64,000 bases of DNA. It comes from the human T2T-CHM13v2.0 reference genome, Homo sapiens. Positions 29,718 to 44,493 of this stretch are shown one piece after another. Each line of letters opens with the position of its first letter. Positions within the stretch are counted from its first letter, which is position 1. The stretch lies in NCBI RefSeq assembly GCF_009914755.1, contig NC_060925.1, one strand, 5' to 3'. A model generated the notes under the pieces. It was not told where the DNA came from. It made no database searches and saw only the letters and a program-made list of their open reading frames with translations. Position numbers and translations under genes: made by a program.

Positions 29718-32700
29718 ACAATGAGATCACATGGACACAGGAAGGGGAACATCACACTCTGGGGACTGTTGTGGGGTGGGGAGAGGGGGGAGGGATAGCA
29801 CTGGGAGATAATACCTAATGCTAGATGACGAGTTAGTGGGTGCAGCGCACCAGCATGGCACATGTATACATATGTAACTAACCTGCACAATGTGCACATG
29901 TACCCTAAAACTTAAAGTATAATAATAAAAGAAAAAAAAGAAAAAATAATAATAAAATAAAATTAAAAAAAGAAATTTATGAAACGTTTAGTTAGATAAA
30001 CTGCAAAAGGGTTGTTTAAAATGCAAGTAAATATGCAAATATATGACAGCTACTAATATTTTTATTTTTCTACAATAAAATTTAGAAAAATACTTTTACA
30101 TAAGAATAAAATGCTATCTTAATGAAAAGCAGTTACAAAACACCTAATTCTGTACACTGTTATCCTCGAGGCTTTAGGGAAATTTGTTTTATTTATTTCA
30201 TTGTCAAGAAGCCCAGTTAATAGCTATGGATTTGTTTCTATATTATCCAGTCGCTAAGTAGGAAGTAGGAATACATTTTCCTTACCTCGTAATATAGTTT
30301 TCACTGTCTTTTCTAGCATGCTTATAACACTTCATGCTTTTAGAAGAAAGGTGCTAAATGCTATGAATTAGTATTCAAGTGACTTCAGTAAGAATGAAAG
30401 TAGAGAGTTTGTAAGGTATGCTAAATCTACAAGATTTTAAATAGGGTCTCACAGCTTTAATCCACAAATTCTGGACTAACCCACTTCAACAAAGAGTAGT
30501 TTCAAAACTTAGTTTGCAAAATGATTACATGGTTAATGCAGGATTAAATTTTCTTTCAATTATAAGACTGAATCTGGAAAATACTCTACAGAGAATGAAG
30601 GAAAAAATAAATCCTGCAAGAGGTGCATTTGGTCTAAAGTGCTTTTAAATATGCTTCTTAATTGCTGGGGGCTATTTTGCTCTTCATCTAATCATTGTCT
30701 GAATTACTGAAGCTCAACTCATCTGATAAAATAGGTGAGCTTTGTGGTAATGAAGTCAGATAATGTCTTATATTCGTGTCAGTGTAGGCATCAAATGGGC
30801 AATGTATTTAACCATTAGTATGGAGTTTGCAGACTGGAATACTTTCATCTAGGTTTTTTATATGAAGCCAGTTCATTGAAATAAGTAAAGTTTTCAAAAT
30901 GGGAAAGCATATAAGAAACTGTGGCTTTAACTGTTTAATAAAATTGCTTGCTATTTAAGTAAAGGTAATTAAAAGTGTAATGCCGTGGAACTATTACGCA
31001 CCTACTCAAAAACGAGTGGATTTTTGTTTTGTGAAAGAGCCAATATCTTGAAGAAGGGGTAGGCTTCACAATGAGAATTCCATAGATATTTTTAAAGAGC
31101 TGGAGATTAACTCATTTAAATAAACAGTCATTTTATGGCTTTTTCACCAGGGAGGCCAGCATTTCCTTGGGGTTCTTGAATTAGGGAGTTCCACACCAAG
31201 GTTCTGTAAATTAGCTATGTGGGTATTCATATTATCAACACCTTCACCGCAGCAGGAGGCCCCACATGGGCAAAAATCAAAGAAATGTAGTAATCTTCTG
31301 ACTATAGCAGATTACTCTGCTATAGTACTTTTGCCTCTGCCTGGAGTACTTTTGGTTTTGCTTTGCACCTGACTTTTCAAAAAATATTTCTTTAACCACT
31401 ATTTGTTTGATTCTGAGTAACATGTATTGGAAGGCCAAGTCTATCTGCATGCCTTTTCAGGTGTTATTCTGACAGAGGAGTTTTTATACATGTTGGTTTT
31501 ATAGCATAAAATATGAAAATTTATAAAACTGCTCAGTACAAGTTTAAGGGCAGGTTTCTGTAAAACACAAAGATATTTTAAATGAAATATACAAATGTAC
31601 TGGCTCCTTCATGATTTTTTTACATGAACTAAAGCAAAGCTATATTCACAAATGAAAAACATCCAATTTCATTTCATCCTCCCCTCCCCAACATATGGTA
31701 AGTATTTCCTTGGTTTCTAAATCTGATACATTTCCAAATACACTTGGGGAAGAAGTGTAAGTTACTATACTTCCATCTGATTTTTCTCAGAGAAATTTGT
31801 ACAACATAAGTTTTACAGAATGGATGAGTTTTATTAAAAGAAAGAGCATTTGTCCTTGCAATGCCTAAAAAACCTGTGAAAGTGCAGGTTATAGAGAGAA
31901 ACCATGGTATTATTTGCTGGCTTTCTGTCAACAAGAAACTTTTCCATCCTCATGTATATCCTGAAGTCAAGTGCACATTTTTAGTAGCAATGGTCCATGA
32001 GAAAGCAATAGGCTATCCTGGGTGTCTGGGCCACTGGGTTGGTCAATTAAAGGAGACTGTTGAGTCATGCATTCTACCTTGTCACATTTGTCTGGTTTTG
32101 TTTTTCTATAGAAAATCAAAGCAAACAAAGCAGCTCTCAGTAATGCATTCTAAAACTGTCATGAATTAACTGACCTCTGTAGAAATTTCCTTTTCCTGGG
32201 TCAATTCAGCAATTTTGTCCTGCTTGTTGTTTTCTAAATACATCAGTTTCATTTTGTGTTGAACATCAAAGCCCTCATGATAAGTACTACGTTTAACTAC
32301 AAGGCTGAGTTGCTCAGGACCTGACAAGTCATGAAGCATTAGTAGATGACTGGTTCTTCCCGTCTTGGAACTCAGCCTAATACATACAGTATTTAAATAG
32401 GGAAATCGCCATTGACTTTGTAATCCCTTGTGTGACACTTGTTCTGTGAACAGATAAAGGAGAAGTAAGTCAAATACACATTTGTTGGGAAGTCTCCACT
32501 GTCTCTTTTCTCCCCAAAGGCAGGAACTGTCAGCATTGGTGACCTCAAGCTAGCCCATGTTCTGATATTATGGTGCACATTCCCAGGGAGGATTATTTGG
32601 AAGGACTTTTGTGAAGGGAAACATTTCAGCTGCTTTTTACAAGCACTGATTGCCCAGGACAAAGTAACTGACTGCTACAACATTGAAGCTGAAGGACATA

Positions 32701-35700
32701 AACATACTATAATATGTTTTGTCATAAACAATCACAGATTAAGGCCCTCTTCACAGGTGTTTGAACAAAATGAATAACAGAATGGAGACTTGTATTCTAA
32801 TGCTTGTTGCTCATGTAAACTCATGTTCTGCATTTTAGAATCTGTTGAAGCCATAGCTTCTGCTTTGGGAATAAGCCCCATTAATCAGGTCATTCCTTTA
32901 GGTGTATTCTGAAGTAGCTACTTTTGGTGATTAAACTTCACGTATTATATTAGGTAACACAGCATGCTGTTAACAGCATGTTATCAGTAAAGGCAAGAGA
33001 AAGCATTTATTTTAGATAAGGCAGGCTAATGTCTGTCAACTATAACACTGCTCTCTGATATCAAGGTAAGAGTAAGCTACAGAATGCCATCAGCAATAGC
33101 AAACATATGCTGAGTGCCTACTATGTGCTGGGCAATATATCAGATGCTGAGAAGAGTTATATTATAATTCATAAGGGATACAAAATAGCAAGCAATTCAA
33201 AGTAGTAAATAGATAATCTGCCATATATTTTAGAAATGTATTAAGACAGAAGTTGCTCTAACATTTGAGAGTTAAAGCAACTAAAGTCCTTGCCATTTAT
33301 GAGACTTGATCAAGCATACATAGTCTGTATGAAGTTTTGAATAAATCTGTTATTCTATCATCTATGTAGTGAGAAACTAGGAAAATAAACCAGGAGTTTT
33401 GAGATCTTTAATCCAAGAGATACCTTGTAGTTTGGGCACAAACTAGCTTTCCAGTTTTTTTCTTCTGGGACTAGTATTATTTGCATTTAAGAGCTTCAGG
33501 GAAACTTTGACAGATAACTCCAAATATGAGTTTTAAGCTAGCATAAAGTATCAATTTTTAAGCAATAGACATCATGATATTTTTCATCGCCTTTCACATG
33601 ATGGCATAAGTGAAGCCCAAATGGAAGTTCAATGATTCCATTTCAGCTATAAAAGATTCAGGAAGATTAGAACCTCAGTGACTTTCTGGTATAGTGATTT
33701 TTTAAAAATATGTTTTGCTGAACGAGAGGGCTGTCATGAATTAAATGCAACTCTGCATTTAGTTAGTATTCAATTCTATTCTTCCAATAAATAACTGGAT
33801 GAAAATCATTTAAAGAAAAGCCCTTCTCTTTAAGGAAACATCTTTAGACCATTTTTATGAGATTTCTCTAGCAGACCAACTTGCAACTTCTAGAAAAATA
33901 ACCCAAACCATGTAAATGTACTAAAGAGAGATCTCCAGGGAAGCACAACCTCTTAGTTCTGTCTTTATACAGCTCATGGTGAATATGGAGTAGAAGAAAA
34001 TTGTGGTTTCAACAGAATTCAAACATTATTGTATCGGATCTGAAAACATTTATTCATTAAGGCTAAAATAAAGGAAAACATTTGGAAAAATAACAGCCAG
34101 TAATTTATGTCTGGCTGGGCTAGATCTAAACTTGAGTTCTGGCCATTTTCATGTATGTTATCGTGAATATTTACCATGACAACATCTGCATAGCATTACC
34201 TACTCACTTCTGAGTATTTAATGTACATACTCTTAATAAACATGTTCCTTGTGGTCTGTTATATATATTTTTAAGACCACATTAAAAGAATCAGAAGTGG
34301 AAGAGATATTTTCAAAAACTTAAACATGGACATTTCTCATATGGAGTTTTAAAAATGTGCAGTATTTGCTTTAATAACCAGAGACCATATTATAAAATGC
34401 CTGTAGAAACACAGTGAATGAAAAAGTCTCTAACTTTAATGGTTTCAACAAAGTGTTATATTTTAGGAAACAATGAAATGGAACTCCTATGAATATAGAT
34501 AGTAGAAAGAATGGAGAAAGTGTGTATCTATTCATTATTTGATGGAGTCCTGATATTTTCTTGTAAAGTAGCTGTAAAAGAAGTCCTAATATAAATCTGC
34601 AAGTGAAAAAGGAAAGCATGACATCAGTCTCTCCTATAGTTTTGAAAATGCTAAAGCAAAATCAAACTGACAAAACTTGAAGAGCTGATCCTAAAATTGG
34701 CATAATAGTGTTTAATTGAAAAATAATGTGATGTAAGGTAAATAATCAGAAGAGCAGGTTTCCAGGATTTCTTGCCCTCAAAGTAATACAGATAGGACAG
34801 TACACATATACGGTTATCAGTTTGGAAGAACACTTGAATGAAGGCACTGAAAAGACAGAAATAATGGTGTCTTCTTTTGCTTTGAAGCTTCCTGATTGGA
34901 ATGCAGTCCTTTAGGGTGGGAGAATCTGCTTTATTTAGAGAATAGCAATTCAAACCATTCTTTTCCACTGGAAATATTTGTCACAGGAAGATTTTCCCAT
35001 AGTAAAAGCATTTTGTTAATAAACTTTTTTTTTTTTATGTTGAGGTCCCTTACATGTAACTAACTGGAACCATGCTTTAGCCAAGGTTTTAGGCAAACCT
35101 CGGCCTTTGAATTGTACAGGCTTGACATGTCATTGCAGAGACACGTCACATTGCATTATGCTGTCACTTTGCATCCCTTGGCATTTCACTGACATACTGC
35201 AGGCTCTTGTTCTACTTTTTTGTGCTGCTTTCCACGGTCCCCATTACAGGCTCCAAGACCCAACAACTCCTGCAAAAATTGATAGCATTTTTTTTGCCTG
35301 TGAACAATCACTTCCTTATTTGAATGACTTAAAAAAAATGAGCCTTTGGTTCTTAGTGTATGGAAAAAAAATTTACTTAGGGTGCTTTCAGCCTATTCAA
35401 ATCACCAGCAGCTCTCTGTATCCAGATGTAAAGCGGGGATTCCAAATCTGCAGAAATAAACTGCATGAAACATATTAAAATAAAAATAAGTTGATTTAAG
35501 TAGGATATAAAAATTAGGTTTAAAGTGCAAATATAGGTAATCTCCTTATGAAAAATACAGTATTTTATGATTACAGAAGTTACTCATTTTTATAGTAGGG
35601 AGCTTTGGCAGGACAGGAAAGTAAGCAAAATGAAAAAATTAAAAATCGTGTAATTCCCACATTTAAAAATAGCTGCCCATCATTTTGTCTATTTCTATTT

Positions 35701-36824
35701 ATATCTAGAGTGATACTGACATGTAATGCACACACATAAATGATATCACATGCAAAAAAATTTTAACAAGAAATTATATTATAAACATGTCCCCGGTCAT
35801 TAACATTTGTGTAAAACATTATGTCCATGTATTCTTATTGTTTGTGTGGTTATGCTATATTTCCTTAAGATAAATTTCTCAAAGAAGAATAACATTTATC
35901 TAGAGGGATATTTACCAAATTCCACCTCACTCCCTCAGAATTTGATGCCTCTTTCCCAGGTCCTTATGAACATTCTCAATGACAGTGTTTAAAAGTGTTG
36001 GTTTTCCCTTTTCTTCATCAACACTAGGTATTGCCATTTGTTAGCATAAAGAGTATAATCTTTGTCATTCTGATATATAGAAAAACAGTTACATATCACT
36101 TTAATTTGTATTTCTTCAACAGCTAGTAGAGCAAAGTCTTTTATTACATGTTTCTGGTCATTTGTAATTGCTTCTGGCAACAAACAAACAAAAAACCTTA
36201 AGCAATTTTTTAAAAGCCCATGACATTTTATTTTAAAGGTCCATTTTAAAGCAAAAAAGTAAAATTGAATCATTGCCATAATCAGATTACTTTTAATTAA
36301 AGCATTTCACACCTAGAGCCCTCTTGGGAAGGTATGAAGTTTTTACTTCAACTAATAATCCATTCTTCTGTAACCTAAATGGTTCCTATTTGAACAATGA
36401 AACATGCATTATTCCTTTAGGACACATGATCAGTAGCCTCGGGATAAAAGCAAAACCAGAAATATTCAGTGTTTGGATCATAAAATCTGTCTCTTCTCCC
36501 CAGCCCCACCAGTTTCTGTGGTATATCATTATGGTTCTTTCTCTACAGCTTTCTGTATCTCCCTATTTCTAGCTTCCTTTTTCATTTCAACTTTTATTTC
36601 ATATCTCTGCAGTCCCATGAAGTAAGTTCAAAGTCTTGCTTTCTTACATATGGGATACTTTGGAATTGTTTTTCCTTAAGTTTTATTTCTTGCTCCCAGT
36701 GAGAACAACACAGATGACTAAAAAATGAGATTGCATTTCTTCAATTATTGCAGAAAAATACCTATCTCATATGCACATTGAAGATTTTTAAAGATTTATC
36801 TTTTTGAAGTAATAAAACAGAAGA

Positions 36825-36995
36825 TAATTGCTGTAGACTTTATCATATGCTAGGAACTTTTATGCAGTATTTCATTTAATACACACAGAAGTGATATGAG
36901 ATTGAAGCTATAGCTCCCATTTAAGAGATGAGAGAACTGAGGCCTGAGGACTTAGGTAAATGGAATTAAGAATATCTAACCCAAGGGTGTTTTTT
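36825..36995 (-). mobile_element. MIR fragment
   Basis: Core 'cccatttaagagatgagagaactgaggcctgag'. Confidence 0.6.
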
Positions 36996-37401
36996 ACATA
37001 GGAATCAAAACAATGTAAGTGAAAGTGTGTGTGTGTTTCTGTGTGTGTGTATGTGTATGTGAGTGTAGCACATAATTAAAACTGAAATATATTGTTAAGT
37101 AAGTGCTCACTTAAATTCTCTGCCAGGAAAGCAAAACAAAAGTTTTCTCATCTCTTCAGATGTTCGTCTGTTTTGTCTTTATTTGTCTCAAATCTTTATT
37201 CACTTTGTTAAAGATGTTTAATAGAAGTATCAATATTTATCTGCCTTTCAAGGCTGCTCCTAACCCACTTACCCATTCACCCAAGAGCAGAGTCCTTGGG
37301 TGAAATGTTATACACTTAAGATATATATCCCAAGAACCATGACACATAGGATGTTGGGTTGTATAACATATGCTGCTTCCAAATGTAGCCTTGGAAAATA
37401 A

Positions 37402-37696
<295 letters not shown>

Positions 37697-37789
37697 AGAA
37701 AATAATTTTTTAAAAATAGTTTAAAAATTTTATTTTACTAATTCTTAGTAAGAGAAGTAATATAATGTAATGTAAATGCACACAGTATT

Positions 37790-39375
37790 TTAAAGTTTAC
37801 AAACCACTTCTATGTATCTACTTGACTCTAATGACTTAGACAAGAAGGCGTTATTTTCTTTCTTGAGTTGACGAAACTATAGCACAGAGATAAAGTGACT
37901 TGGCAAAGGCCTTATCCAGCTAGAAATGTGCAATTCCAGACTTGAAATGGGGTCCTCTGAACTTAAATCATAGTTAATCCCTTACCTTTTTCTATGCCTC
38001 AGCAGCAGTACTCATTCATCCATTTATTCATGCTTTCAGAGAATAATTGTTGGGCACATAGTATGTATTAAGGTCATAGTAAGACTTGAGAGTTAGGGGC
38101 ATGAAAAACCTAGCCTTTACTCTCTTGGAACTTGCAGTCTAGTTCATGGTTTCTACATTTAAACCCAACTAGATTATATCACAATATATGTTCCAGAAGT
38201 GTCCCAGATTTGGAAGAGTGGAGGAAAGAGGATCCATGCGTCTGTGTAGAAAGAAAGACAGCTTTAGGACCGAGTCAGATTTTAAAGGATTTGTGGTTTG
38301 TCAAGTATTAAGGATAAGGAAGCTATTCCTAGCAGACCTAATAGCACATGAAAAGTCATGACGAAAATGTCTGATGGGGTATCTGTAGCAGGATGGGCTA
38401 GAAAGTTGGCTAAATAAAAGGGACTGAGATGAATAATATGACATGAGTTTGTAGACATAGTCAAACCAGATTATGGGGGCTTGAAATCCTAGCATAAGTA
38501 CATGAGTTCTATATCATGTAGTGTGGATGTGCTCACATGGATAAGAGTGTGTGTGTGTGTGTGTGTTTCTGTGCGTGTTGGAGGGAGGGAAGGGTGTAAC
38601 AGTTTTTGACACTCCTTTCCATTATCTTTAAATAAAGAACCTCATTTACTCTTCATGCCAAGCCTTTTCAGATGGCATTATTATTCCCAGTTGCAGTTGG
38701 GAGAATTGAAGCTTAGAGAGTAAAAAAAAAAAAAAGTCCATGGTTACCCTGCTTACAAATTACAGAACTGGTGTTAAACCCAAGGTATATCTGAACCCAT
38801 TGCCCATGCTCTTTGTACTGCACTACTAAAGATTTTTTTAAAAAGTAGAAGACCAATATAATTAGACATATGTTATATAAAGATAATTTGCAACATTTTA
38901 AGAGAAATGTGTAAAGATGATTGTCCAAGTGAGAAGGGATAGATGCCTGAAAATAGAGATAGTAGGTGGATTTGAGAAATACAAAGAAGGGTTTGGGGAA
39001 TGATCATAAAGAGCTATGTAGGATAACAACTGAGAATAAATGACTTTTTTTTTTTTTTAGCTTGAATGGCTGTTATAATGTGTTGTCACTTATTTACTGG
39101 AGAAGATTCAATTATTACTAGAGGACATTCATGGGGAAAAAAAGAGATTTGGACCAAAAAAGATGTTATTAGTTTTTAATATATCAAGGATGTACTCCAT
39201 GAGTGACATTTGTTACCGATTACTAGAAAAAGAAGTGAGGACAGATGCCAGGGTCAGTAATAGGCATTAATGTGGAGATAATCATTGAAGTGATAGGCAT
39301 GGGTGAGCTCCTTTAAGGAGAACACGAGAAAGAAAGACAAAAGATCTAGAATTGGGGGAAAACCTGATTTTAAGA
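37790..39375 (-). mobile_element. Cluster of MIR and L2 fragments, with (TG)n at ~38547
   Basis: MIR core 'gaaactatagcacagagataaagtgacttggcaaagg'; L2 tail 'cattcatccatttattca...tgttgggcacatagtatgt'. Confidence 0.55.
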
Positions 39376-39897
39376 TGTAACATAAGATTTGTATATTTTA
39401 AACCATGGTAGATTTTTATAGAAGAAATCTTGATCAATATTTTAAAAAGAAAGGAAAAAATATAAAACATATTGCTAGAATGGACACTAAATAACATGTC
39501 AGGAATAAGATCACAAATATCAATAATTATAAGAAAATGTAAAAACATTTTATTTGTTCATTAAAAAAAAAACAAGATTGTCATAAAGACCAAAAGGAAT
39601 ATGTGAGCTGTATGCTATTTACACAGAGGTGCAGCTGAAAAAATAAAGAAACAAAAATGTTAAAATAAAGAAAGAAACAGATATGGAATGGAATAGGCCA
39701 TTGTAAATGAAGGAAAGCAGAACTAGCAGATTCAATATCAGTCAAAGCAGAATTTAGGGCAAAAACTGCTGAGTGGGAGAAATAAGAATTTATCATTTTA
39801 AATAAAAGTACAATTCACAAAACTTACATGACCAATAAAATACTAGTGTGTAGAAAATATACTATTAAGCATAAATCAAGTTAAATATGTTAGATAT

Positions 39898-40703
39898 TGT
39901 GAGAAAACTATCCCTAACCATGTTTTCCCTGTACTCTCACACCACAACAATTATTAACACAGAAGACTTCTGCGTCCACATGTGTGGAGGTTTTTTTCCC
40001 AACACACCAAGCAGCGGTCACCAGTTGGGTGTCCTCTAATTCAGTCTCGATACTATCTAACCAGAGACAGTGTCAGATGTGACAGGTTGACAAGTTGAAG
40101 GCTCACTTCCCTAGGACTCCCCTCCCCCCACACCACTGACACCAGTCACACAAGTTGGGCCTCTGGAACTTCTGACAGACCGGCTTCAGGTTGGGGTTCC
40201 CATGACCCCCTCCTTCGGTTCGATTAATTTGCTGGAGCGGCTCACAGAACTCAGGGAAACACCTACTTATATTTATAAGTTTATTATAAAGGATATTGCA
40301 AAGGAAACAGTTGAAGAGAAGTGTAAAGTGAGGTATTATAAAAGGGCTATGGAGTTTCCCTGCCCTCCCTGGGCTCACCACCCAACAGGAACGTGTTCAG
40401 CTATCCTGAAGTTCAATGAACCCTGTCCTCCTGGGTTTTTATGGAAGCTTCATGATATCAGCATTTCTTCCTCCAGGTATAGGATGAGACCCTCTCATGG
40501 GAGAGGCTTAAGGCCCAAATTCAGAAAGGCAGGGAAATATTAGAGTTCTGCCTGGGGGCAGGCGAAAGGAGAGCAAGAGAAGGTCAGAGGCCTGCCCCTG
40601 AAGCCCCACACACCCAACATTATAACAAAAGGCTATAATAAGGGCTATAGGAGTTATGAGCCGGGAGCCATGGATGAAAACCAATCTGTATCATAACACC
40701 GCA
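39898..40703 (-). mobile_element. MER21-family solo LTR
   Basis: TG...CA ends; 'gattaatttgctggagcggctcacagaactcagggaaac' and terminus 'gagttatgagccgggagccatggatgaaaaccaa' match recalled MER21. Confidence 0.85.
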
Positions 40704-41792
40704 GATGGAAGGAGAAGTAAGGAGAATCTGACAGAACCGTAATCATACTGAAAGACTTTAAAATTTTCTCTCTGAATTTTCTAGACCAAGATGGCAAGAA
40801 ATATATGATACTAATAATAGATAATTAAATAATATAATTAATAAATTTGATGAGTGTTTTTACGTGTAAAATTTAACAAACAAATTCACATTATGTAAAA
40901 ATTCATTTTGGAATGTGGTCGTTTGACCGTAAGGAATTAAAACTATGAGTCACAAAAATGCTAACCACTTAATAATAAAAAATCTAGTAAGTTAAGATCT
41001 AAATTAGCACTTTAATTTACTCTTGACTTAGACATAGACACTGAAAATGCAGACTAGTTAAATTAGGCACTGTATTAAATCTATATCTCAAAAACTTCAC
41101 AATGCAGCTAAAGCAACATTCAAAGGAAAATTGATAAAATGTATTTGTTTCAAATAAGGTTGGCAATAATCAGTAAACTGCAGAAGAAAATAAGTTTCTC
41201 AAAACCATATGAATTTGATACTAATGTTACCCTCATCTTATAAATTAATTAATTGCGGCTCAGAACCTATAAAACCAACAGAAAAAGACCAAAGACTTTG
41301 GAGTTAGATTTTAAATGGAGTCCTGATTGCACTGCTTACTACCTAGGTGAATCTGAGAAAATTGCTTATCCTACATGAATCTCACTTTCTTCAGAAAAGT
41401 AGAGAATTTTGTTGTGATTAAACAATATTATCTGTGCAAACTTCTTAGAACTGAGCCTCTCATATGGGAAGCCCTAAAAAAATTCTATTTACAAGGTAAA
41501 GCACAATTTACAATCTCAAAATACAGTAGGCAGACAAACTTGCACTTGAACTCCTATTAATCATTACACTATTCTTTTGACATACCATAAATATATTGGC
41601 AAAGAAGTTTATGAATCACTACTATAAAACTATGTTAAATCAAGAGCAAGGCCATGTTACTGGATAAAAAGTATAGATATTGATTCTCCCCAAATTAATC
41701 TATAAATTTAACACCTTCCCAATCAAAATCTCAGTACTTTGAGGAGGAAAGGGACTTAATATTTAGCAGTTTTTCATAAAAAATAAATCTGT

Positions 41793-42090
41793 GGCCGGGT
41801 GCGGTAGCTCACGCCTGTAATCCCAGCACTTTGGGAGGCCGAGGTGGGTGGATCACGAGGTCAGGGGATCGAGACCATCCTGACCAACATGGTAAAACCC
41901 CATCTCTACTAAAAAATACAAAAATTAGCCAGGTGTGGTGGCACGTGCCTGTAGTCCCAGCTACTTGAGAGGCTGAGGCAGGAGAATCGCTTGAACCCAG
42001 GAGGCGGAGGCTGCAGTGAGCGAAGACCACTATACTCCAGCCTAGGCAACAGAGTGAAACTGTCTCAAAAAAAAAAATAAATAAATAAAG
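41793..42090 (+). mobile_element. Alu SINE (AluSc-like)
   Basis: 'ggatcacgaggtcaggggatcgagaccatcctgaccaac'; TSD aataaat(c/t)tgt. Confidence 0.9.
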
Positions 42091-42764
42091 AATAAATTTG
42101 TAAATATAAATGTAGGGAGAGAGAGACTCCTCTTTTAAGGAAACAGTAATTATAGCAATGTGAGTTTGGCACAGAAATAGGCACTCAGGCAAATGAGAAA
42201 ATAAAATTATAGAAACAGACCTCAGTATAAATGGAAATGTAACATATTTTAAGAGTTTTATTCTAAATCAGTGAGGAAAGACCAATGAGTGCTATTGGAA
42301 ACTTGTTAAATTCTTACCTCATACCATATTTCAAGATAAAATTTTATTAAAATTTAAATACTGACAAAAGAAATAATGAAAGCTCTAGGGTAGTAGATAG
42401 TGAAATATATCCTATAAGTACCAAATTGACAGGAACCATTCTACCTCAAAACAAACTTCTACTTCACCAAAACAAAATAAACAATTATAACAATACAAAT
42501 CTCATGCTATAAACAATCAAAATATAGACAGCAAACTGGTAAATTATAGTAACCATGAATGTGACAAAATAGGTTAAAATCCTTAATATTTAAAGATCTC
42601 CTAGGGCATCAAAAAGCTAAATGCCTTTTTCCTGGCTCAATTTCAGCAGTAGACAAATGGCTTATAGAGAATATTATTAAAAGTAAACACTTAAATGTCC
42701 AATAAATTTAGAAAAAATATGTTTGGCTTCAATAGTAAATATATATATATTATATATATATATA

Positions 42765-43672
42765 AATTTTACTTTTAAGTTCCAGGATACATGTGCAGAA
42801 CATGCAGGTTTGTTACATAGGTATATGTGTGCCATGGTGGTTTCCTGCACCTATTGAACCGTCCTCTAAGTTCCCTCCCCTCACCCCCCACCGCCCAACA
42901 AGCCCTGGTGTGTGTTGTTCCCCTCCTTGTGTCCATGTGTTCTCATTGTTCAACTCCCACTTATGAGCAAGAACATGCGGTGTCTGGTTTTCTGTTCCTC
43001 TGTTAGTTTGCTGAGGATGATGGCTTCCAGCTTCATCCATGTCCCTGCAAAGGACATGATCTCATTCCTTTTTATGGCTGCATAGTATCCCATGGTGTAT
43101 ATGTACCACATTTTCTTTATCCAATCTATCATTGATGGGCATTTGGGTTGGTTCCATGACTTTGCTATTGTATAGAGTGCTGCAATAAACATATATGTGA
43201 ATGTGCCTTTATAGTAGAATGATTTATATTCCTCTGGGTATATGCTCAGTAATGGGATTGCTGGGTCAAATGGTATTTCTGGTTCTAGATCCTTGAGGAA
43301 TCACCACACTCTCTTCCACAATGGTTGAACTAATTTACATTTCCCCCAACAGTGTAAAAGCCTTCCTATTTCTCCACAGCCTTGCCAGCATCTATTGTTT
43401 CTTGACCTTTTAATAATCACCATTCTGACTGGCATGAGATGGTATCTCATTGTGGTTTTGATTTGGATTTTTCTATGATCAATGATGTTGAGCTTTTTTT
43501 CATGTTTGTTGGCCATGTAAATGTCTTCTTTTGAGAAGTGTCTGTTCATATCCTTTGGCCACTTTTTGATGAGGTTGTTTTCTTCTTGTAAATTTCTTTA
43601 CGTTCCTTGTAAATTCTGAATATTAGACACTTGTTAGATGGGTAGATTGCAAAAATTTTCTCCCATTCTGTA
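42765..43672 (-). mobile_element. 5'-truncated primate L1 (L1PA8-like), ~0.9 kb 3' end
   Basis: ORF2 C-terminal remnants ([11 protein letters not shown]; MFIAALYTIAKSWNQPKCP) and L1PA 3'UTR. Confidence 0.92.
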
Positions 43673-44493
43673 ACCATATATTTTAATCAAATCAGTAATA
43701 AAATATAAATTTCAGCGTTTCAATAATGAAAAAGAATAACAATCACCATATTATATGAAGTGGGAAAACTAGTTGCCCAATACACTTTGCTGAGACTAAA
43801 TAACTTACCAACAGTTCTATGGGCTGTTTATGTAATTATTTATCAAAAATTTAAATTTACATCACTCTTAACTTTAAAAATTCTATGAATACATATTATG
43901 CTAGGGAAGTCTATCCGTTAGGATGCTTTTGAAGGCAAATAACAGCATACTTAACCTTATATTAGCTTAAACTATAAAGTGAGTTTAATAGGTCTATCTT
44001 AGACAAAGGTATCTTGCTTCAAGTTAGGTGTGAATTAACAGCTCAAGAGATAAAATGGCAACAACATTTCTTCCTCTGATTATATCTGCTTCATCTGCAT
44101 GCAGTTTTGCATTGGGCAATAGATCTTATGTTTCAATACTGATTGGTATGAATTCCAAAAGGAACATGATTCTAGGTTCAAATCCAGCAAAGAATAAAAA
44201 TTCTGCTTGCTTTATAACTAAACTAAAAGTTGTGAAATTGAGACTTTGGGTTATCTGACTCAAATCATGTATGATACATATGTACATTTTATATATATAT
44301 ATGTATGTATGTAATGATACATACAATACAAAGATTGAATTATATATGTATCAGTTTATACTTTTGTTCTTATTTCAACTGTAATTTTTTTCAAGTGATG
44401 GGAGAGAATTGTTAAAATTATATCTGAGTTAGACAAAGAGTATTCCCACCAACATTTTTCTCCCTCATCCTTCTCCTCTTCCTTTCCTAATTA

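Larger units (their letters stand above)
39420..42730 (+). mobile_element. Ancient L1M ORF2 fragments, interrupted by MER21, MIR and Alu
   Basis: 'attctccccaaattaatctataaatttaacaccttcccaatcaaaatc' (~41683) matches the L1 ORF2 ILPKxIYxFNAIPIK region. Confidence 0.65.

Noticed and set aside
29761-29794. G-quadruplex-forming G-tract
   Set aside because: Standard feature of L1PA 3'UTRs
35107-35478. 123-aa ORF in unique sequence
   Set aside because: Starts at TTG, has no recognisable domain and no convincing splice context
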